This document shows, piece by piece, positions 48,860 to 60,272 of a stretch of DNA of 64,000 nucleotides. The DNA lies in NCBI GenBank assembly GCA_036507075.1, contig DASXQR010000083.1:1-64000 (forward strand). The letters run 5' to 3'. Under the pieces are notes generated by a model, which saw only the letters and a program-made list of their open reading frames with translations, did no database searches and was not told the DNA's origin. Positions within the stretch are counted from its first letter, which is position 1. Each line of letters opens with the position of its first letter. The DNA is from Acidobacteriota bacterium (lineage in GTDB: Bacteria; Acidobacteriota; UBA6911; JACQSX01). The position numbers and the translations under genes were made by a program.

Positions 48860-51800
48860 ATGAAATCAATCTCTCGCATTTTCGTGGCCTTCAGTCTGTC
48901 GCTCTGCGTGACACTGTGGGCTCAGGCTCAGGTGACTACAGGAAGCATCACCGGCGCGATCAAAGACGCCAGTGGCGCCGCTATCCCGGGCGTGGAAGTG
49001 ACCGCGCTCCATGTTGAAACGTCAACCACGCGCAAGGTGGTATCGGCCGGAGATGGCGCGTATACATTTTCCTCCCTTCCTATCGGCGCCTACGAGATTT
49101 CGGCTGTCCTGCCGGGCTTCAAAAAGAGCGTGCGGGGCGGCGTGGAACTGCACCTCGGCGACCATCTCAGCGTCGATATCACGCTCGAAGTGGGAGAGAT
49201 CGCGGAACAAATCTCGGTTGTCGCCGGCGCGATGCAAGTGCAAATGGAAAGCTCCGAGCAAAGCAGCCTGATCTCGGGCGAGCAGGTGCGTGAGTTGCAA
49301 CTGAACGGACGATCCTTCATGACCCTGCTGGAAATGCTTCCAGGGGTGGCTTCGGAGATGCCTGATCGGGCGGATCCGAATACCAATCCTGCACTGTCCA
49401 TCAACGGGGCACGCAGCTCGCAGTCAAATTTCAACATTGACGGCAGCAGCAACATGGACGTGATCGTGGGCAGCAGCTCGCTCAATACCTTCACGTCAGT
49501 GGACACCATCGCCGAGGTCAAGGTGATTACCTTGATTGCGCCCGCCGAATACGGTAAGGGAGGATTTTCGCAGGTCAATGTCGTCACGCGCGGTGGGACA
49601 AAGCACTGGCGCGGCTCAATTTACGAATTCTTCCGCAATGACGCATTGGACGCCAGAGACTGGCTGACCCACCTGGTTCTGCCGCTCAAGCTCAACAACT
49701 TTGGCTATACGCTTGGAGGACCGCTACTGCTTCCAGGCGGTTACAATCGCGCGCGCAACAAGACTTTCTTCTTCCTTACCCAGGAATTCAACCATATCAG
49801 CACCCGAGGCGCCGCCGTCAACACCAGGGTGCCCACGGCGGATGAGCGACGCGGAAATTTCAGCGCCCTTGGACCGGGCGCGGACGGGTTGTTCGGAACC
49901 GCTGACGACCCGGTCATCGATCCGGTCGCCGGATCAGGTTTTCCAAACGGGATCATTCCTTCCGAACGAATGGATTCGACTGCCGCCAAGCTGCTCACCC
50001 TTTACCCGCTGCCGAATTTTCGCGGCCCGGGGAATATCAATTTCACCTCGGCCGCCCCCAGTCTGCAGCGCTGGCGCGAGGAACTGATAAGAATCGACCA
50101 CAACCTCTCGCCTTCCTGGAAGATCTTCGGCCGCTGGGCTCAGGACAGCGCGTTCATCCGCAATCCCTATGGCGGCTCATCGGTTAGCTCGATTGCAACC
50201 AACTTTCCGGGAATCGGGACAACGCGAGCGGGCAGGCCGGGAAAAAACCTTGTGGTCAGCATGACCAATATCTTCAATCCGTCCCTGCTGAATGAGTTCA
50301 TGTTTACCTACTCAGGGCGCGAGATCACGCAGAATCCGCTGAGAGATGACGCGAACAGGGATGAGTTGGGAATCAGTATTCCGGAGATTTTCCCCGAGAA
50401 CATCGGAAACATAATCCCCACCATCAATCTCGGTTCCGGTTACGCTGCGCTCAATGTTTCACGCGTGTGGCTAAAACAACTTTTCAACCTGGAGTTCTCC
50501 GACAACTTGACCAAGATTGCCGGCCGCCACGCCCTCAAAACGGGTTTTCTTTACTCGTTCGGAGGCAATCGCGAAAACCCGACGGGTCCGAATACCAACG
50601 GCTCTTACACGTTTACCACGGGCTTTTCCCGCAATCCGGTCGCCAACATGCTGCTGGGTTTGCCCTTCAGTTACACGGAATCTGAAAGGCTGGTGGTTTC
50701 GCACGCGCGATTCGGTTTTCTTGAAGCCTACGTTCAGGATGACTTTAAGGCCACTGGCCGCCTGACGCTAAATCTTGGCATTCGATACTCGGCTTTCTTC
50801 AACCCCTACGACACCGAGAATGTGATGACCAATTTTCTTATCTCGGCATGGGACCCGGCGCGAGCCCCCCGGATCAATCCGGCCCCCGGCAGCGGCCTTC
50901 CGGTGGCGGGGACGGGGGATCCACTCAACGGCGTCATCATCGCCGGTAAGAATTCTCCCTTTGGCAAACGGGTTACCGGCAATAGTGTCGACTTGATCGG
51001 TCCGCGTTTCGGTTTTGCCTGGGTGCCCTTCAAAAGGGGAAAATTTGCGATTCGTGGAGGCTACGGAGTCTTCTACACGCGACCGCTCATCGGTACGTTT
51101 ATCAACAACGCCTTTGACAATCCTCCGTTTTCGCGATCGGTAACGATTCAACAGCCCGCGTTCAACAACCCCGGCGGAGGCCGTGAAGCCGCAGCAGGCG
51201 TGCCGAGCCTCACCGCCCTGAGCACTCCCATGCTGGCGCCCACAGTCCAGCAGTGGGGACTGGGCATCCAGCACGAGGTGTTCCGGCGCGCAATACTGGA
51301 TCTGTCCTACGTAGGCTCGCACGGTACCCACCTCATGAGACCCTATAACCTCAACAACCCGCTGCCCAGCGTCGACGTAGTGGAACGGCGCGTCCATGTC
51401 AACGCGCTCCGCCCTTTTCCCGGGTACGGCAGCATCACGGAGAGACAAAGCTCTGCTTCGAGCATTTATCATTCGCTTCAGGTCAAATTTGATCGCCGCG
51501 TTTCAAACAAGCTCTCACTCGGGGCCGCATATACCTTTTCCAAGAGTATTGACGACGCGTCAAGTGACCGGGGGGGAAGCGATGTACCGCCCGACAGCCG
51601 CAATACGCGCGCAGAACGAGGGCCTTCTGATTTTGATCGCGCGCACATCTTCACGACCAATTACATCTGGTACCTCCCCAGCATTGCGCGCCGTCCCGGC
51701 CTGGGACTGCTGCTCAACGGGTGGCAATTGTCCGGTATTACCCGCATCTGGTCCGGGAGACCGTTTGACGTAGCGCTCAGCACCGATGTCGCCGGGATCG

Positions 51801-52177
51801 GCGCAGTCCAGAATCAGCGGCCCAACGTCATAGCCGACACGGGCGGGCCGCGCAAACCTGACGAATGGTTCAACCGTGCTGCCTTCGCCCGCCCGGCCAA
51901 CGGCGCATTCGGCGATATGGGGCGAAACAGCATACAGGGCCCGGGGGTCCATAAATGGGACCTGGCCTTGTTCAAAAATTTCCGAGTCAGGGAGAATGCG
52001 CGGCTCCAGTTCCGTTCGGAAGCCTTCAATGCTTTCAACCATCCTTCGTTTTCAGCCGTGGGAAGGACTTTGAGAACCACCGCGACTACGGTGAATCCCA
52101 ACGTGGATAGCTTTGGGATCGTCACCGATACACGCGACGCGCGCGTAATGCAGTTTGCGCTGAAGTTGACGTTCTAG
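48860..52177 (+). CDS. TonB-dependent receptor, Oar-like, with carboxypeptidase-regulatory-like N-domain
   Basis: Signal peptide, TGSITG...DASGAAIPG, YVQDDFK...LTLNLGIRY, PRFGFAW and C-terminal QFALKLTF. Confidence 0.93.
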   Translation: MKSISRIFVAFSLSLCVTLWAQAQVTTGSITGAIKDASGAAIPGVEVTALHVETSTTRKVVSAGDGAYTFSSLPIGAYEISAVLPGFKKSVRGGVELHLGDHLSVDITLEVGEIAEQISVVAGAMQVQMESSEQSSLISGEQVRELQLNGRSFMTLLEMLPGVASEMPDRADPNTNPALSINGARSSQSNFNIDGSSNMDVIVGSSSLNTFTSVDTIAEVKVITLIAPAEYGKGGFSQVNVVTRGGTKHWRGSIYEFFRNDALDARDWLTHLVLPLKLNNFGYTLGGPLLLPGGYNRARNKTFFFLTQEFNHISTRGAAVNTRVPTADERRGNFSALGPGADGLFGTADDPVIDPVAGSGFPNGIIPSERMDSTAAKLLTLYPLPNFRGPGNINFTSAAPSLQRWREELIRIDHNLSPSWKIFGRWAQDSAFIRNPYGGSSVSSIATNFPGIGTTRAGRPGKNLVVSMTNIFNPSLLNEFMFTYSGREITQNPLRDDANRDELGISIPEIFPENIGNIIPTINLGSGYAALNVSRVWLKQLFNLEFSDNLTKIAGRHALKTGFLYSFGGNRENPTGPNTNGSYTFTTGFSRNPVANMLLGLPFSYTESERLVVSHARFGFLEAYVQDDFKATGRLTLNLGIRYSAFFNPYDTENVMTNFLISAWDPARAPRINPAPGSGLPVAGTGDPLNGVIIAGKNSPFGKRVTGNSVDLIGPRFGFAWVPFKRGKFAIRGGYGVFYTRPLIGTFINNAFDNPPFSRSVTIQQPAFNNPGGGREAAAGVPSLTALSTPMLAPTVQQWGLGIQHEVFRRAILDLSYVGSHGTHLMRPYNLNNPLPSVDVVERRVHVNALRPFPGYGSITERQSSASSIYHSLQVKFDRRVSNKLSLGAAYTFSKSIDDASSDRGGSDVPPDSRNTRAERGPSDFDRAHIFTTNYIWYLPSIARRPGLGLLLNGWQLSGITRIWSGRPFDVALSTDVAGIGAVQNQRPNVIADTGGPRKPDEWFNRAAFARPANGAFGDMGRNSIQGPGVHKWDLALFKNFRVRENARLQFRSEAFNAFNHPSFSAVGRTLRTTATTVNPNVDSFGIVTDTRDARVMQFALKLTF

Positions 52178-52235
52178 GCAGCGTCTGTGGGTTTGCCACT
52201 ATTAGGCCGCTTACAGCGGCCTGGAGAGACGCGAC

Positions 52236-53579
52236 CTACATCCCGGACGGAAAGGTCTCGGGCACTTCGCCGCTTTTCCAATGCGAACCGTATTCGAGCG
52301 GCACGACGGCGCGGGTCTGATCGAAGTGAAGAACCGCATCGAATTGGGACGGAAGTTTGGCGTAAAAGTAATGACTGGCGCGCTCCGTGTCGGGGCGATA
52401 AATGACGCCGATCGCTCTCTCCAGTCGCGGTTCTTGCAGCTCTTCCACCCAATCGCCCCGAATTCCCCTGAACCGCAGTAGAAACCGCGGCGCGCCGGCA
52501 GCATGAAAGAGAAACTCATACGACTCTGGGAGCGCGGGAAGAACGCGCTTACGCTCCGCCGGCCCATCCCAGTTGCTGGCGGCCGTTACCGTCCCGCCGT
52601 AGGTGGTGAAGCCGACCAACACGGCAGCGCTTCCGTAGCGATCACGCACCAATTGGCCGACATTGAACTCGCCTCTGCCGCCCACTTCTGTGGCGCGCGC
52701 ATCGCCCAGGTGAGAATTGTGTTCCCACACCACAATTCTGGCCGGGCTCTGGGCACTCAGGTATCGAAACAGCGCGTCGAGTGTTTCCGTCATATGCGAA
52801 TCACGCAGGTTCCAGGAACTCGCTTCGCCCCGAAACATGGTGCGGTAGTAGTGTTCGGCGTTTTTCACCAGCCGCGCGTTCTGCTCGGCAAAGAAGTACT
52901 CATCGGCAGCGACGCGGCCATCGCGCCTGGCATATTCGGCCGCTCGCTGTCGCAGTTCGATCAGTTGTTTGACAACTGCCTGCTCGCACGATTGTGTCAA
53001 TCCAAGGCCGGTCGCATAGCCGTAAGCTTGGGTATCCTGGCCGAAGTGTTCAAAACATGAATAACGATGACGGGCGCGCGCTGCGGCATCCGGATCCACT
53101 TTGTCCAGATACTGAAGAACGGCTTGAATGGAGGCGTGCAGACTGTAAAGATCCAGGCCGTAAAAACCCACCCTGCGCTCGACAGGTCGAGCATCATTGT
53201 ATTGCCGCAACCAGTCGACAAAGTCGAGCACGTCGGCGTTGCGCCACATCCACTCGGGAAAGCGCCTGAAGCCGGACAGCGAATCTGCGGCGGTCTTGTC
53301 GTCGCTCTCATCTCGCACGAAACGATTCACGCGGTAGGCATCCGGCCAGTCGGCTTCCACGGCGACCGCCGCGAACCCTTTCTCTTCGATCAATCGCCGC
53401 GTGATAAGGGCGCGCTCCCGATAAAATTCATGGGTCCCGTGGCTCGCCTCACCGAGTAGTACGAATCTCGACTCGCCAATCAGCTCTAGAAGCGGGTCGT
53501 AATCCTGTCGCGAACCACTCAGCCGGTGGCACTGGGAACCAATTTTTTCCGAAAGCTGAGACTCCAATGCTCGGGCCAT
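52236..53579 (-). CDS. Erythromycin esterase family protein
   Basis: LLGEASHGTHEFY, AVEADWPD, FPEWMWRN, WNLRD, WEHNSH and ERAIGVIY. Confidence 0.93.
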   Translation of the reverse strand: MARALESQLSEKIGSQCHRLSGSRQDYDPLLELIGESRFVLLGEASHGTHEFYRERALITRRLIEEKGFAAVAVEADWPDAYRVNRFVRDESDDKTAADSLSGFRRFPEWMWRNADVLDFVDWLRQYNDARPVERRVGFYGLDLYSLHASIQAVLQYLDKVDPDAAARARHRYSCFEHFGQDTQAYGYATGLGLTQSCEQAVVKQLIELRQRAAEYARRDGRVAADEYFFAEQNARLVKNAEHYYRTMFRGEASSWNLRDSHMTETLDALFRYLSAQSPARIVVWEHNSHLGDARATEVGGRGEFNVGQLVRDRYGSAAVLVGFTTYGGTVTAASNWDGPAERKRVLPALPESYEFLFHAAGAPRFLLRFRGIRGDWVEELQEPRLERAIGVIYRPDTERASHYFYAKLPSQFDAVLHFDQTRAVVPLEYGSHWKSGEVPETFPSGM

Positions 53580-53766
53580 GCTGCGGACCTCCTGCGGCTT
53601 TGGGCTAATAATTATTTAAGATCCGGTCCCGAGGAATGGCAACCGGCCCACACTTGTAGAGACGCCCCAGGCGCAGCACCGCTGCCTTGCGGCGCCATGT
53701 CTGGTTTGCCGCGCAGAAAAGACTTGATCTCAGGGGTGTAATCTTTGTAAAAAGACCAAAACGGGG

Positions 53767-53896
53767 TGGAAAACGCTTTCCAAGAGTTTGCGTAGCGGCA
53801 GGGAAAGCCTTTGCGAGGCAACCGCGTCGACGGGAATGGGATGGCCACAGACTCAGTTCCACCAGAATTTAATCTGAAATAGGAAAACGTTTTCAT
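53767..53896 (+). promoter_or_regulatory. Two LacI-family-like operator palindromes upstream of the TBDR
   Basis: TGGAAAACGCTTTCCA (53767-53782) and GAAAACGTTTTC (53883-53894, perfect), just before the GGAGGT RBS. Confidence 0.65.
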
Positions 53897-53910
53897 GCGG
53901 GAGGTGATAC

Positions 53911-56900
53911 GTGAAAAGGGATACGCAGAAAGCAGCATCTGTGTTTGCGTTGCTGGTTTGCACTGTTCTGGCTTTGTACCCTGTGACGGTGAGCGGTCAG
54001 GAAGCTCGAGGCACCATCACGGGCAGGATCACGGACGCTAACAAAGCCGTGGTTCCCGGAGCCTCCGTGACAATCACAAACGTGGCGATGGGCATACCCA
54101 GCTCCGTGCTGAGCAACGATGTCGGCTGGTTCCAGGCGCCTTATCTGATTCCCGGAGGTTACCAGGTGGTGGTGGAGGTGCCCGGGTTCAAGAAGTACAT
54201 CCGCGATGGCATCGTTCTCCGCGTCAACGACACTCTGGAAGTGAATGTTCAGCTCGAAGTGGGTGAGATGGCTGACTCAATAACAGTCACTGCCAATACA
54301 CCGCTGCTTGAGTCAACTTCTGCATCCATGGGCCAGGTGGTGGATGAGCGGCGGGTGGCGGAACTTCCGATTCCACACGGTGAGCCCTACGCGCTCATAG
54401 GACTTGCCGGCGGCGTGGCGTTCGCGCGCGATCAACGGCTGGACCGGCCCTTCGAGCCGACCCATATTGTCGGCTACACGATGGATGGCACTCGAGCTAA
54501 CCGCAGCGACATTACCATTGACGGCGCGCCCGCCACGGCAACGGCCAACGCCAACGAAGTGATCTCTTCGTATGTTCCTCCGGCAGACATCGTCCAGGAA
54601 TTCAAAGTACAGACAGCCACGTTCGATGCCAGCTTTGGCAATACCGAAGGCGGCGTTACCAACCTGAGTCTGAAATCGGGAACGAACGCGTTTCACGGCA
54701 CGGCCTACTACACAAAAATGCTGCCGGGCCTTTTTGCGAATGATTTTTTTGCCAACGCCAACAAGATTCCGCGTCCGGATTTTAACTACAACCGGTGGGG
54801 TGGATCGCTGGGCGGCCCTGTGATCCTGCCAAAGCTGTATGACGGGCGCAACAAGACATTCTTCATGTGGGGTTACGAGGGCATAAAGGAAGCGCGGCCT
54901 CGAAATAACGGCACGCCCACAATACCGACTGAGAAGATGAAGAACGGCGATTTTTCCGAGTTGCTGGCAGTTGGTTCGCAGTACCAGATTTACAACCCCT
55001 TCACGCGCCGCGCCGTAGCCGGCGGCCGCTTCCAGCAGGATCCGTTCCCGGGCAATATCATCCCCGCAAACTTGGTTAATCCCGTTTCGAGAAAGCTTCT
55101 CGAGTATTTTCCCAAACCGCTGACGGCCGGAAACCCAGACGGCACAAATAACTTTCAGAATCCGAGCCTGAAGGAGCGGGCAAACTATTACACTCACACG
55201 GTTCGAGTGGATCACGCCCTGGGCGACAAGCAGAGGCTGTTTATACGCGGCAGTGTGTATCCGAGAAACAGCGACTACAACAATTTCTTCGGCAACATCG
55301 CCACCGGTGAGTGGTTCCAGTTCCTGTCGCGAGCCGCCACGATTGACGACGTATACACGCTCAACGCCACTACAGTGTTGAATGTGAGATACGGCTACAA
55401 CAGGTTCATACGAGTCACCAATTCGAATCCCGGCAACCGTGGAATGGACCTGACGACATTGGGATTTCCGGCTTCGTACGCGAGCTCGATACCCGAAGAT
55501 ATCCGGCGATTCCCGCGTCTTGACATCACAGGGTATCAGGGCACCGGCCAGGGAGGCGAGTTCAGGCCGAATGATACTCACTCCTTCGTCGCGACAATTA
55601 ATAAAGTGCTGGGCGTGCATTCTCTCAGGAGCGGCTTGGAATTTCGCTCCTACCGCGAGACGGATTCCTTTTTTGCCAACAACCAGACCGGCCAGTTCAA
55701 TTTCGACGCCACCTGGACGCGCGGGCCCCTGGACAATTCGCCTACTGCACCGGGCTCACTGGGACAGTCATTTGCCTCCTTTCTTCTGGGATTGCCATCC
55801 TCGGGCCTGGTCGTCCGGGCGGCAAGCTATGCAGAACAGTCGACATCGTGGGGCTTGTTCATTCAGGACGACTGGAAAGTCAGCTCGAAACTTACTTTGA
55901 ACATCGGGCTGCGATATGAGCTGGAAGGCCCGCTCACGGAGCGGTTTAACCGGACCGTGCGGGACTTTGATTTCAACGCCGCGCAACCGATCGAGTCACA
56001 GGTCAAAGCCAAGTACGCGCTCAGCCCTACTCCGGAAATTCCGGTAGACCAGTTCAGGGTGCGAGGCGGATTGCGGTTTGTGGCAGTAGGAGGGCAGCCT
56101 CGAGGGGCGTACGACACACCCAAGGAAAACTTCATGCCGCGGTTCGGTTTCGCCTGCAAACTGGACAACAGGACGGTAGTGCGCGGCGGTTACGGAATTT
56201 TCTTCGGCTTCCTCGGCCAGCGCCGCGGTGACGTAATTCAGAGCGGATTCAGCGCAACCACAAATCTGGTTCCGACTCTGGACAATGGCTTGACGTTCAT
56301 TGAAACGCTGTCGAAACCGTTTCAGAATGGGATCCAGGAACCGGTAGGAGCGGCTCTTGGCCCGCAGACTTTTCTAGGGCAGGGGATAACATTTTTCTAT
56401 CCCAGCCCGTTGTCGCCGTATATGCAGCGATGGGAACTTGGGTTCCAGCGCGAATTACCCGGCGGCTTTGTTGCCGGGGCAAGTTACGTTGGCAACCGTG
56501 GAACGCACATCGAGATCAGTCGAAATCTGAATGTGACACCCCAGAAGTATCTCAGCAAAAGCCCGGTGAGGGATCAGACGACAATTAACTATCTGTCGGC
56601 CAACGTACCCAATCCGTTCTTTCAACTTCTTCCGGCGACCGCTGTCACAGCTCTGAGGGGAACGAACATTGCGCGCGAGAGGCTGCTGCGCCCTTATCCT
56701 GCATTTGATTCGGTGACTTCGACGACCAACGACGGATATTCCTGGTATCACTCGCTGCAGGCAGGGATCGAGAAGAGATTTTCGAAGGGCTACACGTTGA
56801 TGGCGAATTACACCCTCTCGAAGTTCATGCAGGCGACCGAGCTCTTGAATGCGGATGATCCGCGACCGACCGAAGTAATCTCAGACATGGACTATCCGCA

Positions 56901-57432
56901 CCGGTTGTCGGTAAGCGGCATATACGAATTGCCCTTCGGCAAAGCCCGCCAGTTCCTTCACGGCGTTAACCCGTTTGTGTCGAAGATCGTCAGCGGCTGG
57001 CAGGTGTCCGGCATCTACGCCTATCAGAGCGGGCCGCCGATCAACTGGGGCAACATAATTTTTACTGGGAAAGTGAAGGACATCCGACTCCCCTCGGACC
57101 AGCAGGCGGCACAGCGCTGGTTTAACACCAATGCCGGTTTCGAGAAAGATTCGGCAAAACAGCTTGCCAGCAACGTCCGGACATTCCCTCAGAGATTCGG
57201 ATCGATTCGCGCCGACAACATCAGCAACTATGACCTTTCGATCATCAAGAACACGGAGATTGCCGAAGGAAAGAAGCTGCAGTTCAGGAGTGATTTCATA
57301 AATGCGTTCAACCACCCTCTGTTCCCCGCGCCCAACGTCACCCCCACGGCTGTTGCCTTCGGCTCGATCAGCCCCTCCAACCAGTCCAACTACCCGCGGC
57401 GCATCCAGCTAACCGCGAAGTTTTTGTTCTGA
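53911..57432 (+). CDS. TonB-dependent receptor, Oar-like
   Basis: GGAGGT RBS, signal peptide, [17 protein letters not shown]...[10 protein letters not shown] and C-terminal IQLTAKFLF. Confidence 0.93.
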   Translation: MKRDTQKAASVFALLVCTVLALYPVTVSGQEARGTITGRITDANKAVVPGASVTITNVAMGIPSSVLSNDVGWFQAPYLIPGGYQVVVEVPGFKKYIRDGIVLRVNDTLEVNVQLEVGEMADSITVTANTPLLESTSASMGQVVDERRVAELPIPHGEPYALIGLAGGVAFARDQRLDRPFEPTHIVGYTMDGTRANRSDITIDGAPATATANANEVISSYVPPADIVQEFKVQTATFDASFGNTEGGVTNLSLKSGTNAFHGTAYYTKMLPGLFANDFFANANKIPRPDFNYNRWGGSLGGPVILPKLYDGRNKTFFMWGYEGIKEARPRNNGTPTIPTEKMKNGDFSELLAVGSQYQIYNPFTRRAVAGGRFQQDPFPGNIIPANLVNPVSRKLLEYFPKPLTAGNPDGTNNFQNPSLKERANYYTHTVRVDHALGDKQRLFIRGSVYPRNSDYNNFFGNIATGEWFQFLSRAATIDDVYTLNATTVLNVRYGYNRFIRVTNSNPGNRGMDLTTLGFPASYASSIPEDIRRFPRLDITGYQGTGQGGEFRPNDTHSFVATINKVLGVHSLRSGLEFRSYRETDSFFANNQTGQFNFDATWTRGPLDNSPTAPGSLGQSFASFLLGLPSSGLVVRAASYAEQSTSWGLFIQDDWKVSSKLTLNIGLRYELEGPLTERFNRTVRDFDFNAAQPIESQVKAKYALSPTPEIPVDQFRVRGGLRFVAVGGQPRGAYDTPKENFMPRFGFACKLDNRTVVRGGYGIFFGFLGQRRGDVIQSGFSATTNLVPTLDNGLTFIETLSKPFQNGIQEPVGAALGPQTFLGQGITFFYPSPLSPYMQRWELGFQRELPGGFVAGASYVGNRGTHIEISRNLNVTPQKYLSKSPVRDQTTINYLSANVPNPFFQLLPATAVTALRGTNIARERLLRPYPAFDSVTSTTNDGYSWYHSLQAGIEKRFSKGYTLMANYTLSKFMQATELLNADDPRPTEVISDMDYPHRLSVSGIYELPFGKARQFLHGVNPFVSKIVSGWQVSGIYAYQSGPPINWGNIIFTGKVKDIRLPSDQQAAQRWFNTNAGFEKDSAKQLASNVRTFPQRFGSIRADNISNYDLSIIKNTEIAEGKKLQFRSDFINAFNHPLFPAPNVTPTAVAFGSISPSNQSNYPRRIQLTAKFLF

Positions 57433-57436
57433 ATGC

Positions 57437-57827
57437 TCTTCGTGTCCTTTGTGTCTTTGTGGTGGCAATAAATGCACCACGAAGGCACAGAGGCACCGAC
57501 AAGCCGTCACTTCCAGGGGTTCTGCACGCGAAGCACGGAGCCACATCCCGCAAAGGCGTGGTGGAAACCATGTAAGTTTGTGCGTTCCAAGCGAAATTCG
57601 CCGCCGAGCCATTATGAGGTTCGCCACGCTGGAGCAGTTGAAACCAACGGGCGATGGAAAAACGTAATGCCAGGGTCCGAGCCGACTCACCTGGTACCCA
57701 CCACGCCCTCGCGGGACGTGGCTCTGTGCTTCGCGTGCAGGCCCGGTCGATCAGCGAGCGCCAGGCTTCAATTTTCAGTCCTCGCCTTTTGCGTTATTCT
57801 TAGCGCTCTTGGCGTTCTTGGCGGTTA
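57437..57827. repeat. Composite repeat cluster: ACCRC-type hairpin, 49-bp imperfect IR, and a solo GxxExxY-type arm
   Basis: 57437-57496 CTTTGTG/CACGAAG arms; 57522-57570 versus 57692-57740 inverted; 57804-57826 is the reverse complement of 12784-12806. Confidence 0.85.
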
Positions 57828-57867
57828 AGATTTTGGGAGTCCAATTTTCGTAAAAGAGAGAGATATT

Positions 57868-59013
57868 ATGAACTGGTCCCGCGGGTTCTATTTTGCTTTG
57901 GCACTGGGTATGGGATTCCTCCTGCCGTGCGGCGAGGGGATGGCGGTGGCAAAGAAGGCGCACATCCAAAAACAGCTCTTCAGAAAGACCGCCGAAGGAG
58001 AATCGGTGGATCTTTATACCTTAACGAATGCCAATGGTGTCGAAGCGAGGATCATGACCTTTGGCGGCATTGTGGTTTCTCTCAAGGCGCCCGATCGCAA
58101 GGGCAAGCTGGAGGATATCGTGCTCGGCTACGACAATCTGGAGGGCTACCTGAAAAATAACAGGCCCCATTTTGGCGCCCTCATCGGCCGGTACGGCAAT
58201 CGCATCGGGAAGGGCAGGTTCATCCTGAATGGCCGCGAATACAAGCTCGCACAGAACAACGGCGAAAATCACCTCCATGGCGGAATCAAAGGTTTCGACA
58301 AGGTGATTTGGAAAGCCCGAGAGGTCAAAAGCAAGGATGGCGTTGGGCTTGCGCTCAACTATGTCAGCAAGGATGCCGAGGAAGGCTATCCGGGGAATCT
58401 GTCGGTCACGGTGGTCTACACGTTGACCCATAAGAACGGGTTAAGAATCGACTACAGTGCGACAACGGACAAGGAGACAATTGTCAACCTGACCAACCAT
58501 TCGTATTTCAATCTGGCCGGCCGCGGAAGCATCCTCAATCATGAGGTGATGATCAATGCCGAAAGGTTCACGCCGGTCGATCAGGGGCTGATTCCGACAG
58601 GCGAGCTGCGAAGCGTCAGAGGAACGCCGATGGATTTTACGCAACAGACGGCCATCGGCGCCAGAATCGAGCAGCGCGACGAGCAACTGATCCTCGGCAA
58701 AGGCTATGACCACAACTGGGTGCTGAACAAGCGCAACGGCGAGCTTTCGCTGGCCGCCAGAGCTTATGAGCCGACGAGCGGGCGCATCCTGGAAGTCTAC
58801 ACCACCGAGCCGGGCGTACAGTTCTATACCGGAAACTTCCTGGATGGGAGCATCAGAGGGAAGGCGGGACAGACCTATCAAAAGCGTTATGGTTTCTGTC
58901 TTGAGACCCAGCATTTTCCAGATTCTCCCAACAAATCAAATTTCCCCTCAACAGTTCTCAAGCCGGGCAGGAAGTATACAACCACGACAATCTATGAGTT
59001 TTCTGCGAAATAG
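57868..59013 (+). CDS. galM: Aldose 1-epimerase (galactose mutarotase family), with signal peptide
   Basis: GRYGNRI, HLHGG, EEGYPG, NLTNHSYFNL, GYDHN and CLETQHFPDSPN. Confidence 0.95.
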   Translation: MNWSRGFYFALALGMGFLLPCGEGMAVAKKAHIQKQLFRKTAEGESVDLYTLTNANGVEARIMTFGGIVVSLKAPDRKGKLEDIVLGYDNLEGYLKNNRPHFGALIGRYGNRIGKGRFILNGREYKLAQNNGENHLHGGIKGFDKVIWKAREVKSKDGVGLALNYVSKDAEEGYPGNLSVTVVYTLTHKNGLRIDYSATTDKETIVNLTNHSYFNLAGRGSILNHEVMINAERFTPVDQGLIPTGELRSVRGTPMDFTQQTAIGARIEQRDEQLILGKGYDHNWVLNKRNGELSLAARAYEPTSGRILEVYTTEPGVQFYTGNFLDGSIRGKAGQTYQKRYGFCLETQHFPDSPNKSNFPSTVLKPGRKYTTTTIYEFSAK

Positions 59014-59228
59014 CCTTTCAAACCCGGTAAATGTTCTCAGAGATACAGCCGGCAGAACCGCAACCAGATGCGGCCGGCGCGCCTCAATTGCCACGATGAC
59101 CCGATGACACCAAGGCGGCACAGGGAGCTTACTCGAAGTTTCGGCGATGCGGATTGCGGCTTCAGCCCGTAATCGACTTCGAGTCATCGTGGCTTCGCGG
59201 CAGGTAAGAACTTTGCTAAAAGAGAACT

Positions 59229-60272
59229 ATGACCTGGGAACAGCGATGGCACCCGTTGCGCGAGGAATGGATTATTGTCGCCGCGCATCGGCAGAACCGT
59301 CCTTGGATCGGCAAGACAGTCGAGCATAAGGAGGCGGCCTTGCCCGATTACCTGCCCGATTGCTACCTTTGTCCCGGCAATACCCGCATCAGTGGCCAGC
59401 GCAACGCGCATTACACAAGCACGTTTGTTTTTGACAACGATCACCCGTGCGTAGGCCTTGATGCACCCCAGGATGTCGTCACGCCAAACGGGATTTACCG
59501 CAGCGGGCCCGCGACCGGCATTGCGCGGGTAGTTTGCTACAGCCCGAAGCACAATCTGGCGCTCGCCGAGCTGGAAATCTGTGAGATTGCGGAACTGCTG
59601 GGCGTCTGGCGGGAGCAATACATTGATCTGGGGAGCCACGATGAGATCCGCCACGTGCTGATCTTTGAGAACAAGGGCGAGGTTGTCGGTGTCTCCAACC
59701 CGCATCCGCACTGCCAGATTTACGCCACCAATTTTGTCTTCAAAACGATCGAGACGGAAGCGCGGGTTTCTCAAAAGCATTTGGCCGAAACAGGGCGGAT
59801 TCTTTTCCAGGACATCCTCAAAGCAGAACGCGACGAGGGGAAGCGGATCATCTCTGAGAATGAATCGGCGATTGCTTTCCTGCCTTATTTCGCGCGCTAC
59901 GCCTACGAGGCGTTTGTAGCGGCCAAACATACGCACCCGAGTCTTGCGACACTCTCCGAAGCCGAGGTGCGCGACTTGGCCGCAGTGCTCAAATGCCTGC
60001 TGGTAAAGTTTGACAATCTGTGGCGCATGCCATTCCCTTACGTCATGACGCTGCATCAGGCGCCGACCGATGGCGGCGACTACCGCGGTTTTCATTTTCA
60101 CATCGAGTTTCATCCGCCTCTGCGGCAGCCGAATCTGCTGAAATACCTGGCGGGTCCTGAGATCGGCGGCGGCAATTTCCTGAGTGATACCGCGCCCGAG
60201 GAAAAGGCCGCCGAATTGCGCGCCCAATCGGATATTCACTACAGGCAGGCAAGGCAGGAGGACAAGCCATGA
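59229..60272 (+). CDS. galT: Galactose-1-phosphate uridylyltransferase family
   Basis: HRQNRPW, CYLCPGN, FENKG...[13 protein letters not shown] and PEEKAAELR. Confidence 0.92.
   Translation: MTWEQRWHPLREEWIIVAAHRQNRPWIGKTVEHKEAALPDYLPDCYLCPGNTRISGQRNAHYTSTFVFDNDHPCVGLDAPQDVVTPNGIYRSGPATGIARVVCYSPKHNLALAELEICEIAELLGVWREQYIDLGSHDEIRHVLIFENKGEVVGVSNPHPHCQIYATNFVFKTIETEARVSQKHLAETGRILFQDILKAERDEGKRIISENESAIAFLPYFARYAYEAFVAAKHTHPSLATLSEAEVRDLAAVLKCLLVKFDNLWRMPFPYVMTLHQAPTDGGDYRGFHFHIEFHPPLRQPNLLKYLAGPEIGGGNFLSDTAPEEKAAELRAQSDIHYRQARQEDKP

Noticed and set aside
52236..53579. Macrolide resistance determinant
   Set aside because: The family is broad and most members are not shown to hydrolyse macrolides, so function cannot be assigned from motifs.
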